Source: Raillietiella orientalis (lineage: Eukaryota). Taken from it: a stretch of 64,000 bases of DNA. Position numbers and translations under genes: made by a program. The stretch spans positions 186,001-250,000 of the forward strand of contig JAYWIR010000073.1 in NCBI GenBank assembly GCA_036172245.1. The letters are read 5' to 3'. Positions 12,401 to 26,206 of the stretch are shown in pieces. The notes beneath the pieces are model-generated. The model worked only from the letters and a program-made list of their open reading frames with translations. It searched no databases and was not told the origin of the DNA. Position 1 is the first letter of the stretch, and every line of letters begins with the position of its first letter.

Positions 12401-15184
12401 GACCTCTGGCACCCCCCCCCCCCTCATCCTCCCTTCTGTGCTCCGTCGACCGCAGGCACCGCCAACCTGGCGCGCGCCTCGTCGCCAAAGGGCGGGGCGG
12501 CGTTGCCATCGATGAACCAACGCACGGCCGGGGTTCTTCCCTACGCCGCGAAGCCCAGCGGAGGCTCCTGCGGAGGAGAGGCAGGAGGAGAGGCGGCCCT
12601 CTGCCCCAAGGCACCTGCTATCGATGTCCCCCTTCAGCCTCACAACTGCCCTTCTCCCGTCCCGCGGATCCGTCCCTTTACCCAGATCCCGACGGCGTTC
12701 GGGAAGCTCTGCTGCCGGAAAAATTGGCAACTCTGTCCTTCACGTGTCTCATCGATAAAACCGAACCTCTTCCCCCATCCCTTCCAGAATAGGAGCGAAG
12801 CGCGGGCGTTGATCAGCGCTGCAAAATCTCCGCGGCGTTTGACAGCCTCTACCTCTATTTGCCCGGGTTCTTCCCGCCGTCCTCTTCTCCCATGGAGCTA
12901 GACATTAGGCGAGATGAGACTCTCGTTTCCCCGGCAGCGCCCTCTATCCGCGCACCGCTCTACGCTCCTTTCGAGAGCAGCTCGGGCTAAAGGGAGGGGA
13001 ACGCCCGAGGCCTCCTTCAGCCCTTCCTCCTTTGCCGTTCTTGCGGAACGGCACCCGCTCGCCAACACACAACGCGAACCCGACGCCAGCGGGGAAGACC
13101 GGCAGCAGTTGCGCGTTTCCCGAAACGCATCTCCCTTCTTCGCACTAGGTGGGGCCCTACCGGTTCGCATTCCCCGACCCACCCGCCCACCCTTTTCTCT
13201 TTTTTTTGTGCGTGTGGGTGCATGCGTGGGGGTTCCGCTCCGGAGATCAGCTGATCGCATCGAAAACATAATTTTTTTTTCTCCTCCCTCCCCCTCCTTC
13301 TTCCTCCCAGCTGCTTCCCTCTGTGCTGCTCGAGTGGGTGGTCCTGGAAGCCTTCTGTTTGCACGCGCAGCTATGCGGGCTCATTCGATTTCCCATGATT
13401 GCCCACATTCCGGGCGACCTTGACGCCAGCATCCAGTGACATTCCCGGCGAGTTTTATTAGGTGGGGATTAGATGCCTTGTCTCCGCCATGATCTTCTGA
13501 GAATCTTCTCCGCGGTGGAACATCACGTGCGGGGAGGGAGGGGGAGCTATCTCCTTCATCAATCGATACCGAGGTTTAAAGAGGTCACGGTCTGTTTCGT
13601 CTCTCGGGAGCCAGCCTTCCCTCCGGAGGTGGTGGGCGGCGCTGCGGCGGCACGGATCTCTTTTTCTCTTCTCCATGAGCTGGTTGCGTGTGGCTGAGCC
13701 GAGAGGCTGCGGGACTGGTGCTCTCCGCCGCTGCCGCCGCGATGCCCCTACGAAGGCGGGGTGTTTGCAGGGGTTGGGAGGGGGAAGGAGTTTCCGAAGC
13801 GGAGGAGTTCCGAGGGGCCGAGAAGGGCCTGTGGGGACAGAGGCCGCGGGTTCTCCAGGGCGGAGTGACCGAGAGGACCGGGCCGCAGACGCTCCGTGTC
13901 CGCCGCACGGCAGCGCGGTGCTAAAACACCAAACGTCCCTCCCTTCATCGACCATCCTCGGAAGGAAAGCAGCATGGCCGGGAGTGGATTACTCCCTACC
14001 CCCGTGCGCGCCGGGGCGTTTATTCTATATAAAAAATAAACGTTCATAATCTCTGTAGTTGGGCCGGGAGTCCAGCCACGCCCACTTCAACGGGAGCCTG
14101 CCCCGAGCTAGCGGGTGCGTAGACCGGCGAGATCCGCCACGGCAGCAGGGGAGAGGAACAGACAGAAAGAAAAAGAAAACAAATTTGGGAGTGGGGGAAG
14201 GGATCACGTCTTGCTGGTGGCGATCCTCTGCATCCTTTCGAGGATATCGGCAAGGTCTTGCTGGATGTTGTCGTCAAGGTGGAGTCATCGTGCTGCCATC
14301 CATCCTCAGGAGGCGGAAGGCAAAGTGTATGTGTAGCACCCCTGTCGCTCGGTCCTCCTCTTGCGTAGCTGCAGGCCGCTACGATCCCGCGTAGGCAGCA
14401 GAGCTGGTAGCGAGGCTGCTAGCCGAAGGCCGTCGCGTGGGAGAAGGGGTCGCAACGCGTTCCTGAAGTTGCCTCCAGGGGTTCCTGGGGTCGCAGCGAA
14501 CGTTCCCAGAGGGGTCGGAGGGCAACACGGTCCCGCAAACAGGTGCGAGGAGGGATTCCCGCTCCCGCACCTGCCACAGTTCGGGGGTCCGCGCACCCCC
14601 GTGTCCAATGATGCACAGGAGGCCCCTGTGCAGCAGCATCGACGCCGGCTCCTTGGGTCCTCGGAGTGGGGCTTGTGCCGGGAGCGGAGGCGGAGGCTTG
14701 CGTCGCGGTTTTCGAGTAGTACGACTTCCGCCGGAAGTCGCGTGTCCTCGCTCCCGCGCGGGGGGGAGAGGGGCAACCGGTGGATTGCTCTGCGCGTTTA
14801 GTTGGAGCGTCTCAGGAAGACCACGGTCCCCGGCGAATGACCCGGGGGTGCAGTCAGACCAGGAAGGAAAAAAAAAAGGTGCTTGGGGCTGCTGACTGGA
14901 AGGAGTTTTTTTTTTCTTTAGATTTCTCTGAAGAACCGCGCGCTTGATGTCCCGAACGGATCCCCCTTTAGAAGGCTGGCAGCGACCTCACGAGGAGGTC
15001 GCTGCTATCGGCTCCCGGCTTCTTCCGGTTCCGCTGCCTTCCTCCCAGGTTTTTTTTTCTTTTCCTTTTTTTTGATCCTCGAGAAGTGCTGAAGAGCCGT
15101 TCGCCTCCTCGCGGGGCCGCTCACGAAGCTCTCGAAGCACCGCCCACGCCACCCGAGGGTGCGTGCAGTCACTCCTTAAGTTAT

Positions 15185-15800
15185 AGGGGGTAGTCCCGGG
15201 TAGGAGGTCACCCTATGAATCCAGGAAGGGCTCCAGAGGGGGGAGTCCGTCCCTCTCGCGCCTGGGGAGGGAACCCCGGAGGGGAACCTCCTCTTTCTTG
15301 CTCTCTTTGAAGGGACCCCCGAGGGGGAAGGAGGGTCACTCCTGATTTTCTCCTCCGAAGGGAACCCTGAAATGATCCGCTCCTTTGTTTCCTCCCTTGA
15401 AGAGAATCCCAAAGGACGCTTCCGGATTTCTCTGGAAGGTCGCCCCCTGAAGGGAGCAGCGTGCTTCTTCACGCTCTGGAGAGGAGACCTCCCATCGATG
15501 GGAGAGGTACGGCTCCCTTTTCCCAACCGGAAGGGAACCCCGAGGAGATCCTTAATTCGTGGAGGGACCCCGGAGCGTGGACTCCTAATCCCAGGGGCCA
15601 GATCAACAGGTCGTCCGGGGTCTTTCACCAGTGTCGCCGTATCCGAATAGTGCAACCAGCGTCGTCGTCATCTCGCGGGGGCGGGAGAGTCGAAACCCAC
15701 GTCGCATCCCCATTGCTCGGCGTCGACCCTTCCCCTCCCTCCCCCGGTCAGGATTCGAACCAGCGACGCTAGGCGGTGCCTCGTTCGAACCTGCGAGCTC
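15185..15800 (-). mobile_element. tRNA-derived SINE-like element, near full length
   Basis: Pol III B-box GGTTCGAATCC on the minus strand at 15751-15761, shared body, and conserved 24-nt terminal motif at 15211. Confidence 0.75.
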
Positions 15801-16833
15801 TTGGTGGGGCCGCCCTGCCGCAGCCATGCGGTTGCCAATGACGGCCATACGAAGTTTCTCGAGTCGTAGCGGCGCCGGGGCGCTCCTGCCGCGAGATTCA
15901 ATCTCCGTGTACTCTGATATCTGTGGATGCGCGCAAAGAACGTTATTCCTCCTCGCTGCACCCATCGGCAGCTGAAAAGGTGCGGGTCTTCCGTGCTCCC
16001 CGCATGCGTCGCGCATCTTCTCCTCCGGAGATGCCGCGGAGGCCCTCGTCCTTTGCCTGCTTCCTGCTTGGGCGCGTTCCCTCTTTTCGGCGGCTTCCCT
16101 GCACTCGATGCCCCGAATGCATTTGGCGTCGTACCACGCGGTCGTGACCTCGCCTTTCACGCCGGGACGTCCCGATGCCTTAGGAGCCAGAACCGCTGGA
16201 GAGCGGGGTCGCCTCCCACTCCTTCCGTGGTTCTCCTGAAACAGGTTCTGCCCAGCACCCCGCGAGTCCGAACGCGAACGACTCTGGGCGGTTTCCTACC
16301 CAACATGTCTCCCTCTTCGTCTGCAGCATCGACTGCACCCTGCCTTCGCCAGAAGAGCACTCTGCGTGCTGGCTCTGTGCCTTCTCACGGACAGCTCCTT
16401 CCATCCCGAGGAGGCAGTGTCTTGTCTGTGAGCAGGTCAGGCGTGCACTGCAGGTGTTGCGTTCCATCGCCACGCTGCAAGACTGGCGGCAGAGGCGACA
16501 GCCCGGAGCCTCCACGCCCGCCGACGCTTTTTGCCACCTCTCTGCTCCCGACCCGAACCTGCCCATTGCAATCGAGCTGGGGCCATCTCGTGGTGCAGGT
16601 AGGATTGGGAGGTCTAGCTGGCTGCACCACCTTGGTAGCAAAGGTGGTCGTCGTCAGTGACTCCGCGAATATCTGTGCCCGGGACTGTACCTGAGCCTGA
16701 AGATCAGGCGAATTGTGGCTAGGTTCTTCACCTGGGCGGACGTATCCACCCACCCACGTGAATGGAAGCGTTCTGTGGTAACAGAATGGTTGATGCGGTT
16801 GAGTGGAAGAATCGGTGGCCTCGGAACGAATAA

Positions 16834-17732
16834 GGTCAAAGCACTGCCGATCAAAAATCCCGAAGGATCATAAAAAATAAATGCATTTGCTTATCATCTA
16901 CAGATTAATATATATTACATAGATTATAAAAATAAATGCGTGTGCTTATCCTGTACAGCCATATTTATCTATCTATATGTAGATTAATACATATAATAAG
17001 GTAATAAAAAATAAATATATGTGCTTTTTTCATACACTTTTATATAGATTAATATACAGACTTGTTATTTTAACATACATATCTGTTGATATTTATTCAC
17101 ATACATATTATTAATATAATTAATAAGATGTATAAATATAAATATATTATTCGTATTCATATTTAAGACCATAAGAGTAAAAATATGTGCTCATTATATC
17201 AATTAATGTATATAATAAATGTATATGAAATAAATGAATATATGAATATGGAATTATAAAAAATAAAAAACAATGGCGACAAACAGCAGAAAACAATAAA
17301 ACGAAAAAAAAAAAGGCAAACAGATGGGAAAAAACAAAAAGAAGTGTGGTATTTCATTTCTGCGCCATTTCCAACAATCAGCAAATGAAACCTTCTCGGA
17401 AAATGGCGAATTCCCCGTTTTCGGGATTTTAACCGACTGATAGACATGTACGCTTCTAATTCGATATTCGTATTTAACGTATAGGTTGATGTATATTAGG
17501 AACATGTGCATTCCCAATCTTTGACATGTATATTTGTACACATTATTGATTATATTAATAATGAGCACGTTAATGAACATGTATGATAATAAACAGCATT
17601 TATGATGATAGCATGTCCGATAATAAATATGAATAAGTATGCATGTTGAAATAAGTTATGAATCTATATGTAAATACATATCTTAATGTTTTTTGATGAC
17701 CTTTTGGGATTCTCGTTTTCGGGCTTCGAACC
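16834..17732. mobile_element. AT-rich foldback MITE (possibly MULE-like, non-autonomous)
   Basis: Abrupt AT-rich island. The left end GGTCAAA..GATCAAAAATCCCGAAGGATCATAAAAAAT is inverted relative to the right end ATGTTTTTTGATGACCTTTTGGGATTCTCGTTTTCGGGCTTCGAACC. Internal degenerate subrepeats read AAATAAATGC/AT..TGCTT. Ends resemble 45210-45650. Confidence 0.55.
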
Positions 17733-20700
17733 AAACGGAAGGGAGGAGAGCACAGCGGAGCGATCCCTGGCGGAAGAGGCAGGGAAGAGCTCTGTGGATG
17801 CTCAAATCTTGCACAAGGGATGTCTTGTAGTTGTGCTACAGGAAGGAGGGGTGAGGAGCCGAACATCGAATGGATTTCCAGGAGAGCAGCGGGAGATGCA
17901 GCAGCAGCATCGGCTCCGCTGTTTCCCAAGAGCTCACGGGGCCCAGCCGAAAGCGCCCTCAGCGTGTTCGAGCACGCAATTCCTAGTGCACGAAGAAGCA
18001 GCTCTGGAATTCCCTTCTCATAAATTACAGCTCGGGACTTCGCTCCGGCCTTCTCCTGCTCTGCGGATGAAACTCTCTCGACCCAATTTTCGATGCGTCT
18101 TCAGAAATCAGGGATCCTTCCCGCCGCCTCCCGCGAAACGGAAAGTTGGAGAGCGCCGCGCGTGCATGAGGTCAGCTCTTGCGGAAGGCGCGTGCGTGCG
18201 TGTTGCCCCGTCCGTGTGCTCCGATCCAACAGCATCCCTCCTCTTCGAGCGGACCGGTCTCTCGCTGGACCGGGGGCGGCTTCCAATTCAGCATCCGCGC
18301 CTCCGTGAGGAAAGCGGTTCGACGACGGGGTCACCGCCGTCCGCGCACGACGGCAGCGGCGTTTGGAGCGAGCGGACCCTCGCGGCGACCGGCCGTGGTG
18401 GGCCCACTCCGGCAACCCTCCGGGGCGAAGAAAGAAAGGAACGTGTCTGCGGAAACATTCGAGAGCTTTCCGAGAGATCCTTCTCAGCGAGCGCGCGTGC
18501 TGTCCTTCTTTGGTCACCGCAGCGGGCGCCATCTTGGCAGGAATTCGCTACGCCTTTTCCTGTTCGGGAACACACATGCTTCCCTCCAGCGGACACGAGG
18601 CGAATCGAGGGAAGACGAAACTTGATTTGTTAGGCAGATGCGTCGTAAAGATAACATCGTCATCAGCTGCCGTGTAATTCAGCTTTTAAGGAGAGGTTCC
18701 TCCGTTTTTTTGTTTTTTTTTTTTGCCTTTCAAGAAGTGGAAGTACCTGGAAATTTATTGCACGGTCTTAGCGGAATGTGAATTAGAATTCAAGGAGCGA
18801 CGCCGCAGGGAAAAAGTCCCGTTGGTGACAGGCAGGCCGCAGCACTTTCCAGAACAGGAGCCGGAAAACACGTTCCTGGCAGCCAGAAGAGGTTCTGTTC
18901 CCGTCGCCGCCGCCGCCGCCGCATGGAGAGCGCCAAAGGTCATCGCGGCGTTTCAGGCGTCCGCGAGCCTCCTGGAAGGGGGTCAGGGAAAAAATCATGC
19001 GTGTCCGCGGAATCCCCGAAGCGGCGCCGCCACTCCGGCAGCGGGCGCTGCTGCAAGGCCGAGCGTTCGGCGCACGCGCGTCCGCTCCCACCTCCCCATC
19101 CGTCAGCTTATCCCGTGTTTCACGCGTCCTCGAAAGTGTTCAGTCGGTGCGGGCGCCACCACCGCTGATTCACATGCAAAAATCTCCAAAAGGGGAGGGG
19201 AATCGCCCTTTTTTTCTCTCTCTCTCTCTCTTCCGGCAGGGGCAGCTTTCTGCCCCGAGGGCGATTGCGGATTGCAGAAACAGCGGACCTTTTCCTGGTG
19301 GCGGCCTTTCCTTCCTTGCGTTTCGCGGCGGCGGGCCACACAGGTGGTCGGTCATCCATCCATCCCTTCCTTCGCAGCAGTCGAGGACGACGCATCCCTT
19401 CACCTCTTGTCTCGGCCTCTGCTGGCTGCTCTGGTCTTTGGCTCCACGAGTGGGGACGCACGTCGCTGCTGGTGGTGCCAGCTGGTTCTTCTCGGAACGA
19501 ATGACCTCGCGCGTGCTGGCTCTGGTCATTCCCAGCGTCGATTCGAACCGAACCCTTCTTCCGCTCTGGCTCCAAGCACGGGACAAGCGTCAGCCACGCG
19601 GCGGAGATGAGACTGTGGGCTCCTCGCATCGGCCTCCACCCCACGTGGCGCTGTTTTTGCCTGCTCGTCTCACCCACGAGGATCGCAGGTAGCGGGCGCC
19701 GCGCAAGCGAGCATCCTGTGGTCCAGTTCCGTCCGAGATCCACGAGAGATTTCCAGATGTCGCGGCATCCTGTCGCCTTCCAGATCGATGTCGGTTGGGT
19801 TCCCGTGGCATTTCGTCGCCTTTGGAAGCAGGAAGTGATCTTGCAATCCGGCAGTGTCTTTGCCTCGCTTTGCGCGCGCGCGCGCGCGGGAGGGGGGGGG
19901 GGGAAGGAACAGAAACGCGCGTAGACTCTCCCTGCCGCCGTGCATCATCCGTGCTCGCCATCGGGGGAAGGATGCGTGCTTCGTGAGCCATGCGTTCCAC
20001 GCGTGCGGATCGACAGCCGGACGACACGCGCGAGCACAGGCGGCACTCTCCATGTTGTGGGGAGGGGAGGGGACCGTCCGCCGCCGTTGCGTGTTCGTTG
20101 ACGTATGAGGCAGGCCATTCATGAAGGTTCTCTCGTTCGTTTCTTTGTGCCCCCGGGAAAGATCGCTCGCGCGCGTGTGCATCCGCTCGGTCGACGGCGC
20201 TTTGCCGTCGCCTCGTCGCTGGCACGTGTGCCTCTTGCCTCATCTCGGTAAATCTCCCTCGTGGATACCGGTCTTCTGTCTGTGCCCCACTTGTCTCTGT
20301 CTGTTCGCCTCTTTCCGCAGGAGAGGTTTCTCTCGAGGGAACCCATGGAGGCGTTGCTTGGGGCTCGGTCCTGGGATGCGGAAGGGGGGAGCAGCATCGG
20401 AGCGCGCATCCCGAGTTCTTTACGCGAGTTTGCTGCAGCTCAGGTTTGTCTCTGAAATGGGGCGCTGAACGAGGGTTCCGCGTTCTTCAGTTCCTGTCCC
20501 CCGCCCCCTTACGTACACCGTTTCCCCGGCTACGCTTTTGCCCGTGCCTTCCTCGCGGGCCGCTGCAGTCGCCAAGCCGTATTTGCGTGTTGTTAGCGGT
20601 CTATAGGGGTGCGCCGACGTAGCGCAATGGGAGATCATTCGTTACGCAGCTTCACGCTCTTTCGTGGATTCGCGCAGCCCTACGGATGGATCGCGAACCT

Positions 20701-22661
20701 ATTGCCGGTGGGTTTCGCATTACTGCTCGGGGATGAGTCGACTTTAAGATGAAGGTTTGCTTCTTGCGTGTCTTGGAAAGAACATTCCGGAAGCGAGTTC
20801 CGGGATCGCTGCTGAACGTCACTAACCGCAGGCCGTTCGCAGTGTCCGCGCGCGGGTCTCAACACTCGTTTAACCCTTTGCTCTTGCCGTGCACGGAGTA
20901 TCGAACTTGTCTTTCCCTCCGGTGAGTGGGAGAATGCTCTGGCTTGAAAGACCACCGGATAAGCTGACCGCTAGTGTACGCTTCTTCTTTTTTTTTTTTT
21001 TTTTTTTGGTAACGATGGGGTTCTCCTCTTGAGCTTGATGGTTCTGTTGCTCGTACACTTGCGTGTTTCACTTGCCGAACCGTCCACCATGTCCACGGCC
21101 ACCGTCCGACGAGATTCGCGTTTGCGAAAGTCCGCGTTTTTTTTTTTTTTTCTCCACAGGCGACGTTTTGCAACGGGCCGGTCGAAAGTGCTGCGCCAGC
21201 GGCGGCACATCCTGAAGAATTTCCCATCGCACGTTCTGCGTGTCCCCCCTTCTTCCCGCCTCGCATTTGGTATGCAAAAACACGAACCGGCCGAACTGTG
21301 TCATCTGATAAGAAGCTTCGTGCGAGAGATCTCCGGGATGCGAGCAGGCTGGCCGCATGCGGCCGGTCCTCCCAAGTTTCCCCATCAGTGGATGCCTGAA
21401 AGCGGAGGTGGCAGGAGGTGCGATCCTCGAGCATCCCCTTCGTGTTCCCTTGTGGAGCCCCGCCGTCTTCACCGCCCGGAATCCGGAAGCTGCGAGCGCG
21501 CGTCGGCTTTCCCGCCGGCGCCGTGTTTCGAAAGGAAAGTGTTCTGGCACAGCCACGAAGGCGCGTGCGTCTCCTTTGGCGTCGCTGCAGTTGGCTCGAC
21601 CCGGGCACGTAGCAACGCGGCGGAAGGGCTACGCGTCCATGCCTTCCTCACCCCTAACAACCGAGTGTAAATGTGTGTGTGTTTTTTTTTTTTGCCTTCC
21701 ATTCTCTTCGCGGCTGTTCCTGAGGTTTCGTTTTTCTCGGCGTTGGGCTCTTCCGGTGTCTTTTCCTTTGTCTTTCTTTATCTTTTCCGTCTCCATTGCC
21801 GGCGCCTGCAATGCGCCTGCAGGTGTCAACGATGATTTCATCCATCATTCTCTTCCACACTATTTTGTACAGATGCGTTAAGACAGGAGGCCTCGGGGAG
21901 CGATCTTTGTTTCAGCATGCCGCGTCTGTGTGCACTTGCTCGGGCTGAGTTGCTGGACCAGCCTGGTTTGACCCCGCCAGGGCCAAACCAACGCTTTTTT
22001 CGATTCGGAAGTTCCGTAGAGTTCCGTTTGTCCTAAAACTGTGATCCCGGCGATGCCCGGAGAGCGTTCCTCCCCTCCTCCACGCTGTTCGCGTCGGAAC
22101 CGTCCGTCCTGTCCATCATCCCTTGGATGCTAAAGAGAAGGAGATCGGGAATTCGGGGTTTTCTTTCGTCGTTTCTTTCCTCGGGAGAAATCTTTGTGCG
22201 CGCGAACGCAGGCAGGATGTTCAACAGCTCCGAGGGAGTCGTCTTCGAGGATGCGTGTCCTTCTGCTGATGCCACTCAGGCAGTGAGGGCTCCTCCGATC
22301 TGGACACGGATGAACCCTTGGAACAAAGGTCCAGAGGAACTCCGCGCGCTCTGCTCAAAGGGCGAGCTCCAGAAAGGAACCACTAGGGTGCCGTCGATTT
22401 TGATTTCTGCGGATGAGGAGGTCCTCGTCACCCGACAGCGTCAGAATCCGTGCGTGCGTGCGTGCGTGCGTGTGGGGGGGGAGGAAGGGAGGGGAGCACT
22501 ATTCTGGGTGGAATGCAGCACACGGCTCTCTCCCCATCAACTTCCCACGACTGAAGCGGTGTGGAAAGACGCGCGAGACCTTACTGCGGAATCCGTGCTG
22601 AGAGCGCATGCGCGCATCCGTGGCAACATGCATGCAGGAATCGCCGCGGAACGCCTCGGGC

Positions 22662-22692
<31 letters not shown>

Positions 22693-23644
22693 CCACTTTT
22701 TTTTCCCTTCTCTTTTGCGGTCTTTGAAAGCATCCGAATTCGAGGGGTGATGCACGTTTCATGAGGCTTTCGAGAAGAACACGGGGGCTTGGGGTAGATT
22801 GCCCAGTGGATGCCCAGGACGCTGCGATCCTCAGGCCCACATCGTTGACAAATCGGGGCCACGGGGCTTTAGGGGAATGGTGCAGGAGGTAGCCGATAAT
22901 CCGCGGCTGCTTCATCGGATGATCCGCACCCTGTTTCTGTCTGCTGAGAACTCGGGGTGAAGCACAAAGACGGACGCTTGGTGGTCTCCTTCTTCCGTGT
23001 TCCCGTCGAGCGCTTTCCCCGGCGCCGTGAGCCCGCCTCCATTCCTTCGGGAGCGTTCCTGACGCTGGGAACGCCAACAAGCGCGACGCGGCGCGTACGT
23101 GGACACCCACCCCCTCTGATGGCTCGTGGAATAGCCGCGCGTGCTGCCGCGGAGCAGCAGCAGGCACAGCGCCGTGGTCCAGGAGTTGAGAGAAGCAAAC
23201 GGCCGAATGTCATCGGAGAGCGAACGGTGGAGCAGAGCGGAGGCAGCAGCTGCGGTCGTGGACAGTTGGGCTGCCGCCGCCTCGCCAGCGTGGGGTGGAG
23301 ATGCTGGAGGCAGCACCCTCATCGAAGATGCTTTTCGCGCGATTTGAAGATTGCGTAGTTCCGTGTTTTCCGGTGCACCGTGTCCAGGATCTCGTTGCCG
23401 GGAGACGCAAACGTCATGACAACGGTTGCATTCCCTCCCTTCCCCCCCCCCCCCTCCCCTTCCCTCTTCCTTCCCGGTTTGTTTGCTTTTCCACACCAAG
23501 TGCAAATAAGTATACGCCGTTCACGTGGAGCAGAACAACCGTTCCGTTTTGTTCACGGCAAAATCAGCGATTGGACGATTCGAGTTGTACAGTTTGTTTG
23601 TTTGTTTTTTCGTTTCTTCCAAGCCGAAAGTTATCCAGCGTTTT

Positions 23645-23860
23645 TGCATGTGTGTAGGATGTGTGTGTGTGTGTGTGTGTGTGTGTTGGCATGTGGGATA
23701 AGTACGTGTATCTGTGTCTCACAAGTGCATGTGTGTGTGTGTGTGTATGAATCTGTGTCTTACAAGTGTGCGTATGTATCTGTCTCGTATACCTGTGAAG
23801 TGTGTGCATGTGTGGGATGAGGGTGTTTGTGTGTGTACGCGGGTGCGTACGTGTGTATAA
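23645..23860. repeat. (TG)n microsatellite and degenerate TG-rich tract
   Basis: Perfect (TG)n at ~23660-23686 with degenerate continuation. Confidence 0.9.
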
Positions 23861-25276
23861 GGTGGACGTCGCGTGTCACCCAGGCAAAGGTGTCCGGGTG
23901 TGCACGTGAGGGCCTCCTATCGTGTGCTGCTTATTGACCAGCATGTAGAGGAAGACCTTTTTCGCCTCCGCGGAAATCTTTGCTCCTCCGTTCGCTCCAG
24001 CACGCGGTTCAAAGTGCCGCGCGAGATCTCGTGCTTCGCGAGTGCGCGCATTTGCTGGAACGTTCTTTTGGCGCACGTGGCCCACGTGTTTGTGATGAAG
24101 CTGCGTCGCAAGAGACCGTTTCGGGCACGTGCGCGCCAGCGGAGGGCCGGGGGGCGGCAGACCCGTGCAGCGTCGCCATCTTCTTCCTCCTGCCGCACCG
24201 AACTCGGTCGAAGGATCGGTCGTTTCTTTCTCCTTGAGCCTCTCAATGCAGCGACCATCCCAGACTGCGGTCTGTCTCGGAGAGAGCTCGAATGCAGGCG
24301 GTGTGCTGAGGAGGGGGGCGGGAGAGAGCTCCTTCGAGAACTTCGGGAGCCTTGGGCGTGCTTTTCCGAGGTGCGCGCGCCGTCTGGGGGTTGGCGTGTG
24401 CGGGGTCACGCACAATGGACAGGTCCTTACCAGACGCTGGTCGCTTCGCTCTACGCTTTTCCCTGCCCTCATCTGCTTTCCTCGCGCCGTCCCCCCCGCC
24501 TTTTCGGTTCCGAAATCTTTCGCCCGAGAGCTTTTGCGCGTGTCCTCGAGTGTTAGTCGGGCAGTGTCTTTGGAGCGTGTCCTCGTCTTTAAGACTTCCG
24601 GCCCATCCCACTCTCCTCAAGTTTCCCGTTCTAGAACAGCGGGGCACAGTCCCGTTTTCTTAAACGCGCCCGGAAGGGAGAGAGGGAAAAGAGGGGGGAG
24701 GGAAGCTGCCGCGCGGGCAACCCGCGTGCGCACCGTCGCGGTGCGCCTGCGCACGCCTCTCCGAGAGGCGCGTCGTCGTCTTCGCGCGCTTGCCGGGGGC
24801 GGCCCTTTCCCCTCCAGACGGCGGGCTTCCGCTCCGCGCGGAGGACGCGGACCCTCCGCCGCGAGATGGCGCTGCATCGCGGTCGCTTCACCACCTCTCC
24901 CGGGCAGAAGGCGTGAAGGTTGCGCGTCGCTTCCGCCGCCCGCCTTTCCGTTTCGGGGGATCCCGTTGTGCACGGCACGCGCGACTCCTCCTCCCGGCGT
25001 TGGTGTCACGCCTTCCGGCGCCGGGTCGCGCGCGGTCCGACGCGCCGCCTGGTGCGGCTCTCGGGACGAGCTGCCCTCGCCCGTGGACGTCGTTGGGGAG
25101 TTCCCGAACCTGTGCGAGCCCGGAGGCCCATCGAGGGCGACGGGCCTCCCCCGCCGCAGGGTCTCGCCGCTCAGGCTCCTGCCGGACTTTCGCTCCTCTG
25201 CCCCTCCCCTCTCTCTCGTCCAGAGTCCCGTCGCGAGGAGTTGACCCCGGTTGTCTTTCAGCCGTTCGTCTCGAGC

Positions 25277-26169
25277 ATGACCCACGTGGACAGCGGTAAC
25301 GAGACCATCGGGTCGGACGACTCCCTCGCTGCTTCCTCCGACACGGAAACGCTGCGGTCCACCCCTGTGGAGGGCAAGTGGAGGTCGTCCCTAAGCCGGT
25401 GGACAGCGTTCTCCTGGAGCGCCCAGCCCCCCAGGATCGCCCCCGTCGGTGGAGTCGTGGACAAGGTGAGGAAGGGGGTGGAATGAGGGCCGAGAGGGCG
25501 GGCGTCTGCCCTTTCCGGTCGCCCCGCCCGGCCGGCGAGGCCAGGCAGGCCCATCGGTGCGAAGAGGCCACGTCCAAGAAGCTCCTTGTCCCGCTGCCCC
25601 TTCCGGCCCCTCTTTCGGCATGCCCCTTCTGCCCGGCGGGAACTCCTTCCCGTCGCTCGCTGCTCTCCTTCTCTTCTCTCTCTTGTCGGCGTACCCCCAC
25701 TGCTCCTCTTCATCGTCCGTGGCGGCGGCGGGTCCTGAAGCTGCGAGGAAACAGGGAGGAGGAGGCCAGGGATGCGCAGCTTACGGAGCCGTGGTTGTTG
25801 TTGCTGCTGCTCGGATGACAAAGTCTGTGGTGGAGTTCTCCGCTCGCCGACCAGCTGGAGCCACGCGGGTGCGTGCGGTGGGAAGGAGGAGTAGGGAGGG
25901 GAGGGAACCGTCAGCAGGCCGGGTCTTCCCGGCGGCGGCGGCGGCGCCGCAGTGGCTGCGCGCGCACCTCCTTCTCCGTTTGCCCCAGCTCTCCTTTTTT
26001 CCTCCTTTCGTCGTCCTTTCCTCCTTCCTGCTTTCTGTTCCCTCCCTCGTGCCTTCCTCCCGAAGTTCCCGGTCGTGATGACGGAACGCCCGCCTCTCCG
26101 TCGCTATAGGAAACCGTGGCTCGCCTTTCCCCTTCTTGCAGCATCCTCATTTTGTCACGCGCCGGAGGT

Positions 26170-26206
<37 letters not shown>

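Noticed and set aside
15751..15800. tRNA gene at GGTTCGAATCC (also 27231 and 35265)
   Set aside because: I could not build a cloverleaf, and each B-box is attached to the same ~550-bp repeat body, so these are SINE heads.
16160..16830. Possible LINE 3' zinc-knuckle remnant (GCRLCRQ..TRHCLLG, minus strand)
   Set aside because: Motif spacing does not fit CCHC and no RT sequence adjoins it.
23917..24130. Possible pogo/Tigger HTH remnant (MRALAKHEISRGTLNRVLE, minus strand)
   Set aside because: The resemblance is too short, with no TIR or DDE segment nearby.
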